The notes: a model not told the origin generated them from the letters alone. Counted from the stretch's first letter, positions 27,415 through 37,850 are shown. The stretch is DNA of 64,000 nucleotides from Myxococcota bacterium (GCA_965140415.1 OZ223209.1:2752001-2816000); one strand, 5' to 3'. Program-made: numbers and translations.

Positions 27415-29472
27415 TCAGGTAACGAGAAGCTGAAGCGCCGTTTCCGGCTGGACTTCCTCCTCCCGCATGCCGATTGCCTCCAGCGCGCTGCGCTGAATGC
27501 AGATCAGGCGGGCGGGAACGCCCTGCACGCGTACGTTTTTCTCCAGGCGGCGGCGGTCGCCATCGACCGCCAGCCAGTCCCGGTCTCGCCAGCTGCGAAG
27601 GACGGCTTCGGCTTCGTAACCGAGGTGAGAGAGCTCGCGTTTCAGTACATGCGGATAGATGCCCAGATGCGGCCAGGCCTGCTTTTGCCCGTTGAGGCGA
27701 TCCGTATCCCAGCGACCGAGGCAGCCCTTGTTTCCGAACAGCGGCTTGCCCGTGCGATCCGTGCGATGTCGCCCCCAGAACGCCGTTTCATGCCCCTGCG
27801 CCCAGTGGGCGATGTCGCGCAGAGCGTCGGCTGGATCGTTTTTCTCCTCCAAGCTGCCGACGATCTCCGGCCACAAAGTGGCGATGTCCTCTTCGTAGCT
27901 CCAGTCGAGGTCAATCACCTCACGCAACTGGAGCGCCACAAAGTGATGCAACGCGAAAAAAGCCGCGATGCGCTGGGCCAGCGGGTTGTCCTCTGCCTGC
28001 TCGACGTAATCATCGAGAATCGCCTCGTACTGCTCGCGCCAGATTCCCCATGAATCACGGTTCGTCATCACGTAAGAAACAACATTTGGCCCTAGAAAAC
28101 CGTAGTTGCGCTCGACGAGCCGATTGATCTTGCGAACGATCTTGCCAGTTTCATCATTAGCCTCGCCGAACGGGCTGCCCCACATCTGCAGCACCCGACC
28201 GCATGCACCTCCGTCCTTGTTGGAAAACGACGTGATCGGCGCTTCACCGCTGGACAGCAGAACCGTTCGCGATGTCCGAACGGCTTTGGCGCCATGCCAC
28301 GCGCCGCGGGCGCGCCCTCGTCCCGAGTGCACGCGATAGATCATCTTCGAGACTGCAGTTTTCGATCCGGCTTTCTTGGTGTCGTCCAGAATCAACGGCA
28401 CATCCTGTACCGCTCCGATGGCCGCGCCGAAATAGACACTCGTTCCATCCCAGCTGGACACGACCGAATCCGAATCTCGTTCTGTCGGATTGCCCCACAC
28501 GCTGCCGCCGAACTTCAGAGTCGTCGTTTTCCCCGCACTCGTCTCACCGGCGAAATCCACCGTATGGTTTGGCACATCCAAAATGCCGAGGAACGGCGTG
28601 GATGCGGCAACGACCAGCCCCAGCATCACCTTGGGATATGCCGTGGCCAGGCTCACCGCCTCCGTCCACCGCTCATATGATCCACGAGGTTTGAACGCGC
28701 CGGCGATTTGCGCGGTGCCGGGATCGTTGCAGCGGAAAATTGCTTCCCTACGCTCCCAGAACTGAAGGCCTCGCCCCTCCTGGCGGCTGACATCGAGCAC
28801 TTCACCGTCCACCGCAATGGTCGTGCCACCCAGCACAAAACCATGTTCGCCATGCTCTCCATGCATCCCGAGGCGGCTGCTAACATTTACAATGGGTAAC
28901 AGATCCTCGTTGGTGATTTCGAACCGGTGCAGGTATTCGTTCACCTCCGGCAACTTCTGGCGACTGAGCGGCAAGCCGTTATTTGCCTCCTTCATCAGCG
29001 ACGAACTGAAGGCCTCCTTGCGTGGCAGCACCGTTGATTTCCACTCACCGCGCCATTTCCAGACGACCAGCAGGCTGTATTCGCCCAACTCCATGTCGAA
29101 AACGAAGCCGATGACCAGAACTGGATTGGCGGTGATATGCCGAACCACGTAAATACCGCCTTTTTCCTCCAGCCTGTTTATCCCTTTGGGGAAATACGGG
29201 CTCGTCTCAGCCTGGATGAAATACCCGCGCGGCATGGATAGATCCGCCGTCACCGGTGCATCGGGTAGCGGATCCAGGATGCTGTGGCCTGGGCCACTCA
29301 CAATTGCCTGGATCCGGGCGATCACTGCCTCTTCCTGAACCATCACCATCTGACCATGCAGGTCGAGTTCCATCGGCGGATCCGCCTCCATGTTATGGTT
29401 TTCGGGGCTCTCGGACACTTCGGCGGCCTCAACGACCGCCATCTCCGTGCCCACACTCTCTTCGTATTCCAT
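27415..29472 (-). CDS. DUF927-type (Cch-like) replicative helicase/ATPase
   Basis: Walker A GETSAGKTT, SVWGNP, Walker B PLILDD, SGRGRARG, LLSSGE; AAGGAGG RBS. Confidence 0.85.
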   Translation of the reverse strand: MEYEESVGTEMAVVEAAEVSESPENHNMEADPPMELDLHGQMVMVQEEAVIARIQAIVSGPGHSILDPLPDAPVTADLSMPRGYFIQAETSPYFPKGINRLEEKGGIYVVRHITANPVLVIGFVFDMELGEYSLLVVWKWRGEWKSTVLPRKEAFSSSLMKEANNGLPLSRQKLPEVNEYLHRFEITNEDLLPIVNVSSRLGMHGEHGEHGFVLGGTTIAVDGEVLDVSRQEGRGLQFWERREAIFRCNDPGTAQIAGAFKPRGSYERWTEAVSLATAYPKVMLGLVVAASTPFLGILDVPNHTVDFAGETSAGKTTTLKFGGSVWGNPTERDSDSVVSSWDGTSVYFGAAIGAVQDVPLILDDTKKAGSKTAVSKMIYRVHSGRGRARGAWHGAKAVRTSRTVLLSSGEAPITSFSNKDGGACGRVLQMWGSPFGEANDETGKIVRKINRLVERNYGFLGPNVVSYVMTNRDSWGIWREQYEAILDDYVEQAEDNPLAQRIAAFFALHHFVALQLREVIDLDWSYEEDIATLWPEIVGSLEEKNDPADALRDIAHWAQGHETAFWGRHRTDRTGKPLFGNKGCLGRWDTDRLNGQKQAWPHLGIYPHVLKRELSHLGYEAEAVLRSWRDRDWLAVDGDRRRLEKNVRVQGVPARLICIQRSALEAIGMREEEVQPETALQLLVT

Positions 29473-29996
29473 TTTGCTTTTCCTCCTTAGATTATTGGTA
29501 TAATTTGTTCTTCACGACTCCACCGAATATTCAATTGTCAACGAACTGCCATTTCTAGGGAGCAAAGACCGCGCCAAAACATCGACGCCGTAACTAGCTG
29601 GAATTACGTGACTATATTGGAATAGAATTACGGATATGGCTTAGGTATGGCGTTTGGCAACGATCCAGACGGATTTGGAAAGAATCCTTGGCTTTGGGGA
29701 AACCATGGGTTATCTGCGTATTGAAGGGGTCGGAAGGTAAAAAAGCTGAAGGCTACTGACTTACCCGCAATGGACAGACAAGAAGTGATGATCGAGCTGG
29801 TCAACTTGTCGCTGTCGCCTAGCGGGCACGTTCTTGGTGATCTGCCAGTCCAGGAGCGTGGGCTACGACGTTTTTAATAACCACGCTGAAACATAGTGGC
29901 AACAGAAGGATCCGTCAAAATGGGTGTAAAAACAGCACGATAGAAGATTCATCTCGTTGCCACTTTGGAAGAGTTGAATATTGGAAGGCGGCGCTC

Positions 29997-31028
29997 TCAT
30001 CCTCGAAGCTTGTAATGCGTGTTCTTTCCCTTGCCGTGGCGCTCTATGAAACCGAGTTCGATCAGCTTCTTGAAATCCAGGGCGCGAGTAGCCTTGGCGC
30101 GCTCGGTCAGGGTGGCGTAGTCCCGATCCGTGATGAAGCCGTGTTCGTCGATGTGGCGTAGGATCGCTTCATGGTGAGGTTGTAGGCGGGTTTCGGGCGT
30201 GGCGGAAAGACTGGCCAACTCTCCTCGAACACGCAGCAGTTCGTCCAGGATGCCGTCCGCGAAGTATTCGAGCCAACTCGTGAAATCGACAGCATTCTTT
30301 AGCTCGTTGTAGTCCCCAATCAGCCCCACCCGTTCGAAGTAGCGGCTGATGTTGCGGTTGTAGTAGTTCTCGAAGCTGAAAAGCGGGAAGGTGTCGATGC
30401 CCATAGCGGCCAGCAGCACTTTGGTCGCCAGACGCGCCGTGCGCCCGTTGCCATCGGTAAAGGGATGAATGATGACGAACTGTTTGTGAAAAAGGCCGGC
30501 AAGGATGAGCGGGTCCAGTTCCTTGCGGCTGGCCTGTACGAATGACACCAGGTTGTCCATGAGCGTCGCAACGTCCTTGTGGTCGGGCGTCAGGTAGATC
30601 ACATCGCCGGTGGTCGGATTGTGCACCACGACCGGCTCGGCGCGCAGGCGACCACAATGGTAGGATTCCTGTAAACCGTCCATCACCCGCTTGTGGATAT
30701 CGAGAATGAGTTGGGTCGAGAACTTGGTGTGGCTTTTTCGCAGCTTTCCATCCAGATGTTTGAGGGCGGCGTTGTAGTTGACGACCTCCCGCTCGCTCTC
30801 GCGCAGATTCTTCGGCGTGGATTTCAGGATCCGCTTCACTTCGGTCAATGGCAAGGGATTGCCCTCGATTCGCGTGGAAGCATGGGCGGAAAGCGCCTGG
30901 GCCCGTTGCTCAAGCTCCATCAGGACGACATCGGAGACAGAATGCCGATTCAACTCGGCGATCAGGACGGCAACGCGCTTGATGGTTGAAAGCAGATTGG
31001 GCGTGATGGTGTAGATGGGCTCGAACAT
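29997..31028 (-). CDS. Fic family protein with a C-terminal wHTH
   Basis: HPFTDGNGRTAR Fic motif; STRIEGN inhibitory helix. Confidence 0.93.
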   Translation of the reverse strand: MFEPIYTITPNLLSTIKRVAVLIAELNRHSVSDVVLMELEQRAQALSAHASTRIEGNPLPLTEVKRILKSTPKNLRESEREVVNYNAALKHLDGKLRKSHTKFSTQLILDIHKRVMDGLQESYHCGRLRAEPVVVHNPTTGDVIYLTPDHKDVATLMDNLVSFVQASRKELDPLILAGLFHKQFVIIHPFTDGNGRTARLATKVLLAAMGIDTFPLFSFENYYNRNISRYFERVGLIGDYNELKNAVDFTSWLEYFADGILDELLRVRGELASLSATPETRLQPHHEAILRHIDEHGFITDRDYATLTERAKATRALDFKKLIELGFIERHGKGKNTHYKLRG

Positions 31029-31053
31029 TGCGGCGGCTCCAATGTAATCTCTA

Positions 31054-31084
31054 TAGACGAATAATAGACGAATATTGGACGAAT
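31054..31084. promoter_or_regulatory. Three direct repeats TRGACGAAT at 11-bp period upstream of fic
   Basis: Copies start at 31054, 31065 and 31076. Confidence 0.5.
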
Positions 31085-31225
31085 GGCAAGGTGATTCTGC
31101 TCCCCTGATGAACGAAGCAGTTATGTCAGATTAGAATAAAGACATCTATCTGCACTTGCCTTATGAGTATTATTGCAGTACACTGCATTTAAAGATCATG
31201 TTTAATTGCAGTGGAGTCCACAATT

Positions 31226-32677
31226 ATGCCGGTTATTGACGAAAGCGAACTTCTTCAGGTTATGCAGGGAATGAATCCCTGGTGGCGCAACCCGGCCTTC
31301 AAGTCATTCCCCAAAAAGCGTGCCGCGTACGGTCAGGTCGAGCGCATCTTTTTCAAAACCGACCTGAAACGCGCCTGCGTGCTCTCCGGTCCCCGCCGGG
31401 TCGGAAAGACGGTCATTCTGCATCAGCTTGCTGAAGAGCTGCTCAAGCAGGGCCGTGACCCAAAGGAAATCCTGTATTTATCCCTTGACCATACGATCCT
31501 CAAACAGGAGCGCTTCGACCGGCTGCTGGAGATATACCGCCAGAACATCCACCCGGGCGGCGGTCCAGCGGCCTTACTCTTGGATGAGATCCAATTCCTC
31601 GACGACTGGCCGACCTGGCTTAAGATGACGGTGGATTTCTCTCCCGAATACCGGATCGTAGCAACGGGTTCGGCGGCCATCGAGATCGCCAGTGGCTACG
31701 AGGAATCCGCCGCCGGTCGCCTTCGCCTTCTGCGAGCACCCACGCTTTCATTTTACGAATACCTGTTGCTGGGCGACAAACCAACTCCGGAACTGGCTTC
31801 CTTCACCGGCATGGAAGAGATAGCACGCTTGGACAAGCCGGAACGCAATCGGCTCATGCTCGATACGCTCTCCGTCCAGGAGCATTTCCATGATTATTTG
31901 CTCATGGGTGGCTTCCCTCAATCGGGTGGTGAAAGCGACCTGGCTGAGGTGCAGCTTTCCATCCGCGACGATGTGGTCAATCGCGTACTCAAGCACGACA
32001 TGAGCGCCCTGTTCGGTGTCCGCCGCCTCCCCGAAGTGGAAAAGCTGTTCGCATATTTCTGCGTCAATAGCGGTGGCTTGATGGATCAGAAAAACCTGGC
32101 CAAAGAGCTGGGCATCAACGTCCGTACCTTGTCGGACTACACGGATTACCTCTTGTCTTCCGGTCTGATCTACCTGTTACCCGGCATCAAGACCACGGGC
32201 AAGTCTGCCTTGAAGAACCGGAGCAAAGTCTACATCGCGGATGCGTCGATCCGAAATGCGGTGCTGATGAAAGGTCGCAACTTGCTGACAGATGCTGCGG
32301 AGCTCGGCCTTCTGGTCGAGACTGCCGTGCACAATCATATGGTATCCGCCACAACGAACAGCTTTACACAATTTGGCTACTGGCGTGACCGCAATGGTCG
32401 GGAGGTGGATCTCGTGCAGATCCTGCCGGACGGTGAAACCCTCCCCATCGAAGTCAAATATAAGTCGGAAACGAAACCCGCCGACCTGAAGAACCTGAAA
32501 GAGTACATGAAGGCATCCGGTGCAAAGCTGGGGGTGCTGGCCGTCCGGCGAGCAGAGGAGTTCGATGTCTTGACGGAAGGCGAGACAAGCATACTCAAAA
32601 TCCCGGCCTATCTTCTGCTATACTTGCTGGGCCATGCGGAGTTTTTGCCGCCCGGTATGCAACATGAGGAGGACTGA
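31226..32677 (+). CDS. AAA_14 / DUF4143 ATPase with a C-terminal PD-(D/E)xK-like domain
   Basis: GPRRVGKT, LLLDEIQ, ATGS, GGFP, YWRD..EVDLV..PIEVK. Confidence 0.9.
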   Translation: MPVIDESELLQVMQGMNPWWRNPAFKSFPKKRAAYGQVERIFFKTDLKRACVLSGPRRVGKTVILHQLAEELLKQGRDPKEILYLSLDHTILKQERFDRLLEIYRQNIHPGGGPAALLLDEIQFLDDWPTWLKMTVDFSPEYRIVATGSAAIEIASGYEESAAGRLRLLRAPTLSFYEYLLLGDKPTPELASFTGMEEIARLDKPERNRLMLDTLSVQEHFHDYLLMGGFPQSGGESDLAEVQLSIRDDVVNRVLKHDMSALFGVRRLPEVEKLFAYFCVNSGGLMDQKNLAKELGINVRTLSDYTDYLLSSGLIYLLPGIKTTGKSALKNRSKVYIADASIRNAVLMKGRNLLTDAAELGLLVETAVHNHMVSATTNSFTQFGYWRDRNGREVDLVQILPDGETLPIEVKYKSETKPADLKNLKEYMKASGAKLGVLAVRRAEEFDVLTEGETSILKIPAYLLLYLLGHAEFLPPGMQHEED

Positions 32678-32895
32678 TCAGCTTGAGTTTTGAGGATGAA
32701 ATTGAGACACAATCAAAGCACGTTTCCGTTGACGAATCTTGACAAAGGTGCACGAAAATGGGTGCCTCAGGCTGCTTTTTATGCTTTATTTGCTCGTCAT
32801 GCTGTACAACCGTTGTAGGTGTATCTATTTGATATTACATATACTATCAGTGATTTTGATATGTTAGCACGATAGTGAGTAATACCGCCACGCCA

Positions 32896-32942
32896 GAATG
32901 GCATTCAAGAGGCCGGCGGTTCGATCCCGCCTAGCTCCACCA
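32896..32942 (+). other. att site: 3' half of tRNA-Ala(GGC)
   Basis: GAATGGCATTCAAGAGGCCGGCGGTTCGATCCCGCCTAGCTCCACCA comprises the anticodon arm, T arm, acceptor 3' strand and CCA; no 5' half upstream; imperfect hairpin plus T-run follows. Confidence 0.85.
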
Positions 32943-33122
32943 AATAATTAACCGGAATCATTAAGAAAATTAAGCTTAAGGTTTCGGTTTTTTTGTGTCA
33001 GAAAGTTGATCTGTGCCAAATTGAGCCAATCTCTTGCGCAAAATGCGCAACTTTGCCACATATTAAAGAGGCCGCATCAATCGGATGCGGCCTGGGGCAA
33101 TCACTCCTTGTTTTTGATATCT

Positions 33123-34526
33123 TTACTCGGTGGCAAAGGCCTCGCAAGTGGGGAAAGCGGTCATGGCAAGCTTGTTTTTAAGAATGGAAGCGCATAAAAG
33201 CTGGCAGGTGGGGGAGTCGGTTTCTTCGTCGCAGCAGGTGTTGATTGCATCGATAAACGGTCCTGCCCCATCGATGCCTGGTGTGCACTCTGCCGTGTCG
33301 TATTCCGCTGCAATGCAGGCGAGAGGGGCATCGTCGGTTTGATCGACTGCCGCATCGCAGGAATCGACGCATCCCCCACATTCCAGCATCCCTTCGCCGC
33401 TATAACCGAACTCCAATAGCTGGGCTGCCAGAATATTGGCCAGAGCAGTATTTACAACTACGCAATCTCCCATGAATTGGCACAAGGTGTCACAGTGAGT
33501 GACTGTTCCTGCTTCACAAACCACGGCATCTTCGATTTCGATATCAAAGGGCTCCAAACTTGTTTCTGCGGTGATGCTTTCTGAAATCGCAGGCAATACG
33601 AAACCTTCAGGAAGCGAGTAACCTTTCGGTTTGGAAAGAAGTACTTGCGCAAGCCAGGGGTTTAGTTCGCTTAACCATTTGTGTCCCACTTCCTGGGAGG
33701 CAGAGACCATGAATACATTGGTTTCATCGTTGTAATAGTTGGTGGCAAGAGATGCCTGGATATAGAAATCCATTTTGGGTACGCTGACTTCTCCCGGCTG
33801 TGCTTCGCCTCCCCACTGATCCTCTTCTCCACCGAAGGTAACTATTACAATCATGTCGTCAAGTGGTTGTGGATCGGCAGGATCGGTTTTATCGATCATG
33901 CCGGAGGCGGGGATACCTCCTGCAAGGATGTCGGAGCGGCGCTTCAGAACATAATTGACGAAAATGCCTCCCGCAGAATGACCTCCGATATAGATCCGGT
34001 TTTTATCTACTGGGAAATGTGCGGCGATGCATTGCACCAGGCTGTCGAATAAATCCATATCCGCGTTCGGCAGGTCCAGTTCATCATCGTTTCGGGCGCC
34101 ATCCCAAACCGGCCAGATCGTCCCGTTGCCATTGCTACTTGGGGCGACGACGATAAACCCGGTATCGGCGAAATCCTGTAACTTTGCGGCGTTCAACGTG
34201 AAATCTTTACCATCGCCACCGGTTCCGTTGAAAGCGATTAACATTGGACGGGGACCGGAAAGGTCCGACGGCAAGGTCAGGTAGAATTCTCGATCTTGCT
34301 CGGAAACGGTATAGCTCTGGTTAAGTCCTGCTACAGGTGCGCTAGTTGCAAAATCGCCAGGACAGGCTGTGGCAGCATTCGCCACAAGCGCTGTGGCCGG
34401 AACGGCTTCGTATTGCGCTTCAAAGCCGACTTCGTAGGGATTTGTGGTGTCATCGTCGCTACAGGCAGTAACGAAAAACAGTAGCATGGAAGAAGACAGA
34501 AAAACGAACCAAGAGGCTCTGGACAT
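33123..34526 (-). CDS. PHB-depolymerase/esterase-like lipoprotein with a Cys-rich C-terminus
   Basis: Lipobox VTAC; FIVVAP; VDKNRIYIGGHSAGG. Confidence 0.75.
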   Translation of the reverse strand: MSRASWFVFLSSSMLLFFVTACSDDDTTNPYEVGFEAQYEAVPATALVANAATACPGDFATSAPVAGLNQSYTVSEQDREFYLTLPSDLSGPRPMLIAFNGTGGDGKDFTLNAAKLQDFADTGFIVVAPSSNGNGTIWPVWDGARNDDELDLPNADMDLFDSLVQCIAAHFPVDKNRIYIGGHSAGGIFVNYVLKRRSDILAGGIPASGMIDKTDPADPQPLDDMIVIVTFGGEEDQWGGEAQPGEVSVPKMDFYIQASLATNYYNDETNVFMVSASQEVGHKWLSELNPWLAQVLLSKPKGYSLPEGFVLPAISESITAETSLEPFDIEIEDAVVCEAGTVTHCDTLCQFMGDCVVVNTALANILAAQLLEFGYSGEGMLECGGCVDSCDAAVDQTDDAPLACIAAEYDTAECTPGIDGAGPFIDAINTCCDEETDSPTCQLLCASILKNKLAMTAFPTCEAFATE

Positions 34527-34738
34527 GCCGGACTCCTTTGTTGTTTTGTACTGCGGGTTGATTTCGGTGAATCGTAATTCTGGAGGAGACAAATGTCAAA
34601 TAAAAAGGAGGCGCTCTTAAGAGAGAAGTCCTTTATAGCTGCTGTTTACAGACATGTATGGGCATACGCGATTGTAATTATCGAGAGTGAGGATAGTTAG
34701 TGTAGTTTTGGTTGTCGTAAAAGGAAAAGGCAATGAAA

Positions 34739-36553
34739 TCAATGGGATGCATTTGCGGATTTTAGCGTCATGTCGCTTTTCAGCACCCGATAATAACTGG
34801 CGACGATATCCCCTCGACTTAGAATGGCAAGGATTTTGTGGTGTTCGATGGGATCGACCACGATGACTTCATCGAAACCGCGTGCAGCCATCATCTGGAT
34901 GGCGTCCAGCAAGGTGTGCTCTGGGCTCACCGTTGCCGGTTCAACCGTTAGATCCGAGGCGACCAGGATAGGGCATAAATCAGGCCGGGACGTGATGGAG
35001 CGCAAGTGGCGGCCATCAACCTGGCCTATCAATTGTTCTTGTTCGTTAACGACAGGAAGGCTGGTTTTCTCCGAACGAGAAAACAATTCGATCATTTTCA
35101 TGGCCGGGTAGTTTTCTCGCACGGTGTGGACCGTTTCCGAAGCGTTCTGCTGAATGGCGTCCGCCACTTTCAGCTTTCTCAAAATGGCGTCCATCATTTC
35201 CCCCATGTGCGCGGGGGCGTGCAAGCGATTCAACGCTTGTTTTTCATAGATTCCGAAGCTCTTCGAAATCGCGTATGCCAGGAAACATACCCACATGGAA
35301 GGCACGAGCAAATGGTAGTTTCCAGTCATTTCACTGACCATGATGATTGTTGAAATCGGTGTGTTTGCTGCGGCTGCAAAGAATCCCGCCATTCCCACCA
35401 GAACGAAAGCTCCGGTTTGTATGCCGATGCCTGGCCATATTAGCTCGATCATGACTCCCACAGCACCACCCATGGCGCCACCAATGACAACCGCAGGACC
35501 GAAAACGCCTCCAGAGCCACCAGAACCGACAGAGAAGGATGTAGTAACGATTTTACCTAGCGCAATTGCCAGAAAAAGCCCGATTGTAACTTGGCCGGTA
35601 AACCCATTCTGCAAAATGCCGTAGCCGGCGCCCAGAGTTCCCGGTAAGAAAAATCCAATGATTCCAACAACAGCACCGCCTATTGCCGGTTTGTAAACGT
35701 TGGGAACGTTCAATTTGGCAAATAAATCCCGAACGCCGTAAAAGCTTTTTGTGTAGAGCCAAGCGCCACCGGAAACCGCAACGGCCAGCAATCCATAAGG
35801 CAGAAGTTGCATTGGATTCTCAAAGCGGAAATCCGGAGTGATAAACAGTGGATCCCAGCCGAATTGCATGGCGAAAACGCCGTAGGCGATGATCGAAGAG
35901 ATCACCGTAGGCATAATTACTTCATATTCAAGATCCAATTCACGGTACAGAACTTCTGCTGCGAAAAGTGAGCCTGCCAAGGGAGCATGGAAAATCGCTC
36001 CGATTCCGGCTCCCATGCCGGCGGCCAATAGCACTCGACGCTCTGTAGGATTAAGACCAAGCCACGTGGCCAGCATCGAGCCAAAACCCGAGCCGATCTG
36101 GGCGATTGGACCTTCACGTCCAGCCGAGCCGCCCGAGCCGATCGTCAAGGCCGAGGCAATAATTTTAACGATTGGAACCCGTGCACGGACAATGCCTGAT
36201 TTGTTCAAGTAAGAATCGATGGCTGCATCGGTTCCATGTCCTTCCGCTTCAGGGGCGACACGGAAAACGAGAATACCACTGAGCAAGCCGCCGATTGCAG
36301 GTAAAAACAACAACATCCAGCGTTTGAATTCATTGTCGGGTTCGGGAAATAGCGAAGGCTCTCCACCTGGGCCCATGGGATGATACCCGGCGATCAGGTC
36401 AAAGAAGAGGAATTTTGAAGCGGATAAGATCGTATAAAAGGCGATTGCTCCCAAACCGGCGACAATGCCTACCAGTACGCAAAGAAACAACAAGCGCCAA
36501 ATGCCACTTTTCATGAATGAGGGAACAAATTTTGAAATTTCTGTTTGTTTCAT
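34739..36553 (-). CDS. CLC chloride channel/antiporter with CBS domains
   Basis: GHGTD, GREGP and GGVFGP motifs; C-terminal CBS pair. Confidence 0.93.
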   Translation of the reverse strand: MKQTEISKFVPSFMKSGIWRLLFLCVLVGIVAGLGAIAFYTILSASKFLFFDLIAGYHPMGPGGEPSLFPEPDNEFKRWMLLFLPAIGGLLSGILVFRVAPEAEGHGTDAAIDSYLNKSGIVRARVPIVKIIASALTIGSGGSAGREGPIAQIGSGFGSMLATWLGLNPTERRVLLAAGMGAGIGAIFHAPLAGSLFAAEVLYRELDLEYEVIMPTVISSIIAYGVFAMQFGWDPLFITPDFRFENPMQLLPYGLLAVAVSGGAWLYTKSFYGVRDLFAKLNVPNVYKPAIGGAVVGIIGFFLPGTLGAGYGILQNGFTGQVTIGLFLAIALGKIVTTSFSVGSGGSGGVFGPAVVIGGAMGGAVGVMIELIWPGIGIQTGAFVLVGMAGFFAAAANTPISTIIMVSEMTGNYHLLVPSMWVCFLAYAISKSFGIYEKQALNRLHAPAHMGEMMDAILRKLKVADAIQQNASETVHTVRENYPAMKMIELFSRSEKTSLPVVNEQEQLIGQVDGRHLRSITSRPDLCPILVASDLTVEPATVSPEHTLLDAIQMMAARGFDEVIVVDPIEHHKILAILSRGDIVASYYRVLKSDMTLKSANASH

Positions 36554-36910
36554 GCTTTTAGCAAACTGTCATGAAATTAAATATCTCGCACTTCCGATTG
36601 AAAATAGGAACCAGGAAGTAACGGAAACAGTGGTTAACATATCGACACGTGGAAGTAAAGAACCGATTCGCAATATGAGTGCTTGTTTTTCATTTTTAAC
36701 GGAAATGTTCCCGAATTCGTAATTGTCCTGGTGAAAGTAGGCGTGGCTTTTGGCAGTCTTAAATGGAGTGTGGGGCCGATGAATTTAATAACAAAGTTTT
36801 ATTTAATTTGGTATGTTTACTTTAATTTGAGAGATTCATCATCGTTCTGGTTGATTGAATTTCACGAATCAAGTTAAAGAGTAAAACACGATAATCATAG
36901 AGAGGTTTTC

Positions 36911-37186
36911 ATGAATCAATGCGCTTTTTGTGGAGCCGAAGTGGAAATCCTGGATCGTGTATTGCGTAAACAAACCTGTCCTCAGTGTGGTGAGGATCTA
37001 CATTGTTGCTTGCAGTGCCGATTCTATGAAGAAGGTCGTCAGAATGATTGCCGGGAACCGCGAGCCGAACGAGTCCTTGACAAGGACCGGGCGAACTACT
37101 GCGATTATTTCGAGTTTCATGGTGTGTACGAAGCCATCGATTCTGTTGACGATGCGAAAAAGAAACTGAATGATTTATTTAAGTAG
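36911..37186 (+). CDS. Small Cys-rich zinc-ribbon protein
   Basis: CxxC..CPxC..CxxCxFY..C..NYCDYF; GAGG RBS. Confidence 0.75.
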   Translation: MNQCAFCGAEVEILDRVLRKQTCPQCGEDLHCCLQCRFYEEGRQNDCREPRAERVLDKDRANYCDYFEFHGVYEAIDSVDDAKKKLNDLFK

Positions 37187-37208
37187 TCCCTGAAAGTCCG
37201 ATCTGAAT

Positions 37209-37850
37209 TTATACGTTGCGGTCGAGCCAATGCACGATCAGAGTCAGCAAGATACATCCGAACAGCAATTGAATGGGACCGAGTAACCATAACACCAGAG
37301 GGATCGTCAAGTAGTAACCGCGCATACCCAACGTATTGTGTGTCGCACCACGATTCAAGGCTTTGGCGACTTCCAAGGAACTGGCTAACGGTTCTTCTTC
37401 GTCGCGCAGCGTAATCATGAAGCTGGCGTGGTTAAAGTAGCGAATGGCCAGTGCGAAATTGAAAAAGGCGATAAACAAATCAATTGCCAGAACCAGCCAC
37501 TTGATCTCCCATACATTTCCCTGTGAAAACGAGAATAAATCCAGAAGTTGCATGGATTGCGAGATGCTCTTTCCTCCGAATGCGGCATGCAGCATGGCAA
37601 GGCTCAGAAAAACGGCGGTGGAGGCCAGAAAACTGGCTGCCATGATCCAGTTGCGCATGGTTTGAATCGCTAACACGTCCGGGTGATCGGCGCGGATCAT
37701 TTTGACCCATTTATAGCGGAGATGATTGGTTACTCCGGTGGAGGTGGTTAAAGGGGCTCGCTTGAATTTGTAGATCAGGTGTAGATGGTAAAAGAACAAA
37801 ATAGAAAAAGATAATGCGGTAATTATTCCTTCTAGTGCTCCGGCGGACAT
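37209..37850 (-). CDS. DUF599 membrane protein
   Basis: LAIQTMRNWIMAASFLAST, FFNFALAIRYFNH and GMRGYY motifs. Confidence 0.85.
   Translation of the reverse strand: MSAGALEGIITALSFSILFFYHLHLIYKFKRAPLTTSTGVTNHLRYKWVKMIRADHPDVLAIQTMRNWIMAASFLASTAVFLSLAMLHAAFGGKSISQSMQLLDLFSFSQGNVWEIKWLVLAIDLFIAFFNFALAIRYFNHASFMITLRDEEEPLASSLEVAKALNRGATHNTLGMRGYYLTIPLVLWLLGPIQLLFGCILLTLIVHWLDRNV

Larger units (their letters stand above)
2900..32942. mobile_element. Integrated element/genomic island ending at a tRNA-Ala(GGC) 3' duplicate; left boundary uncertain and may lie outside the window
   Basis: tRNA 3' fragment at 32896-32942; DUF927 helicase, PolA, DUF2958, Fic and AAA genes; backbone visibly GC-richer than flanking genes. 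No integrase or intact tRNA-Ala seen in the window. Confidence 0.7.

Noticed and set aside
29500-29990. Possible integrase remnant or ncRNA between the helicase and fic genes
   Set aside because: No ORF, recombinase motif or convincing secondary structure could be identified by eye.
32860-32942. Intact tRNA-Ala gene
   Set aside because: No acceptor 5' strand or D arm upstream of the anticodon stem; treated as an att duplicate.
2900-32942. Complete prophage or ICE
   Set aside because: No terminase, capsid, tail, lysis, relaxase or T4SS genes recognised in the window.
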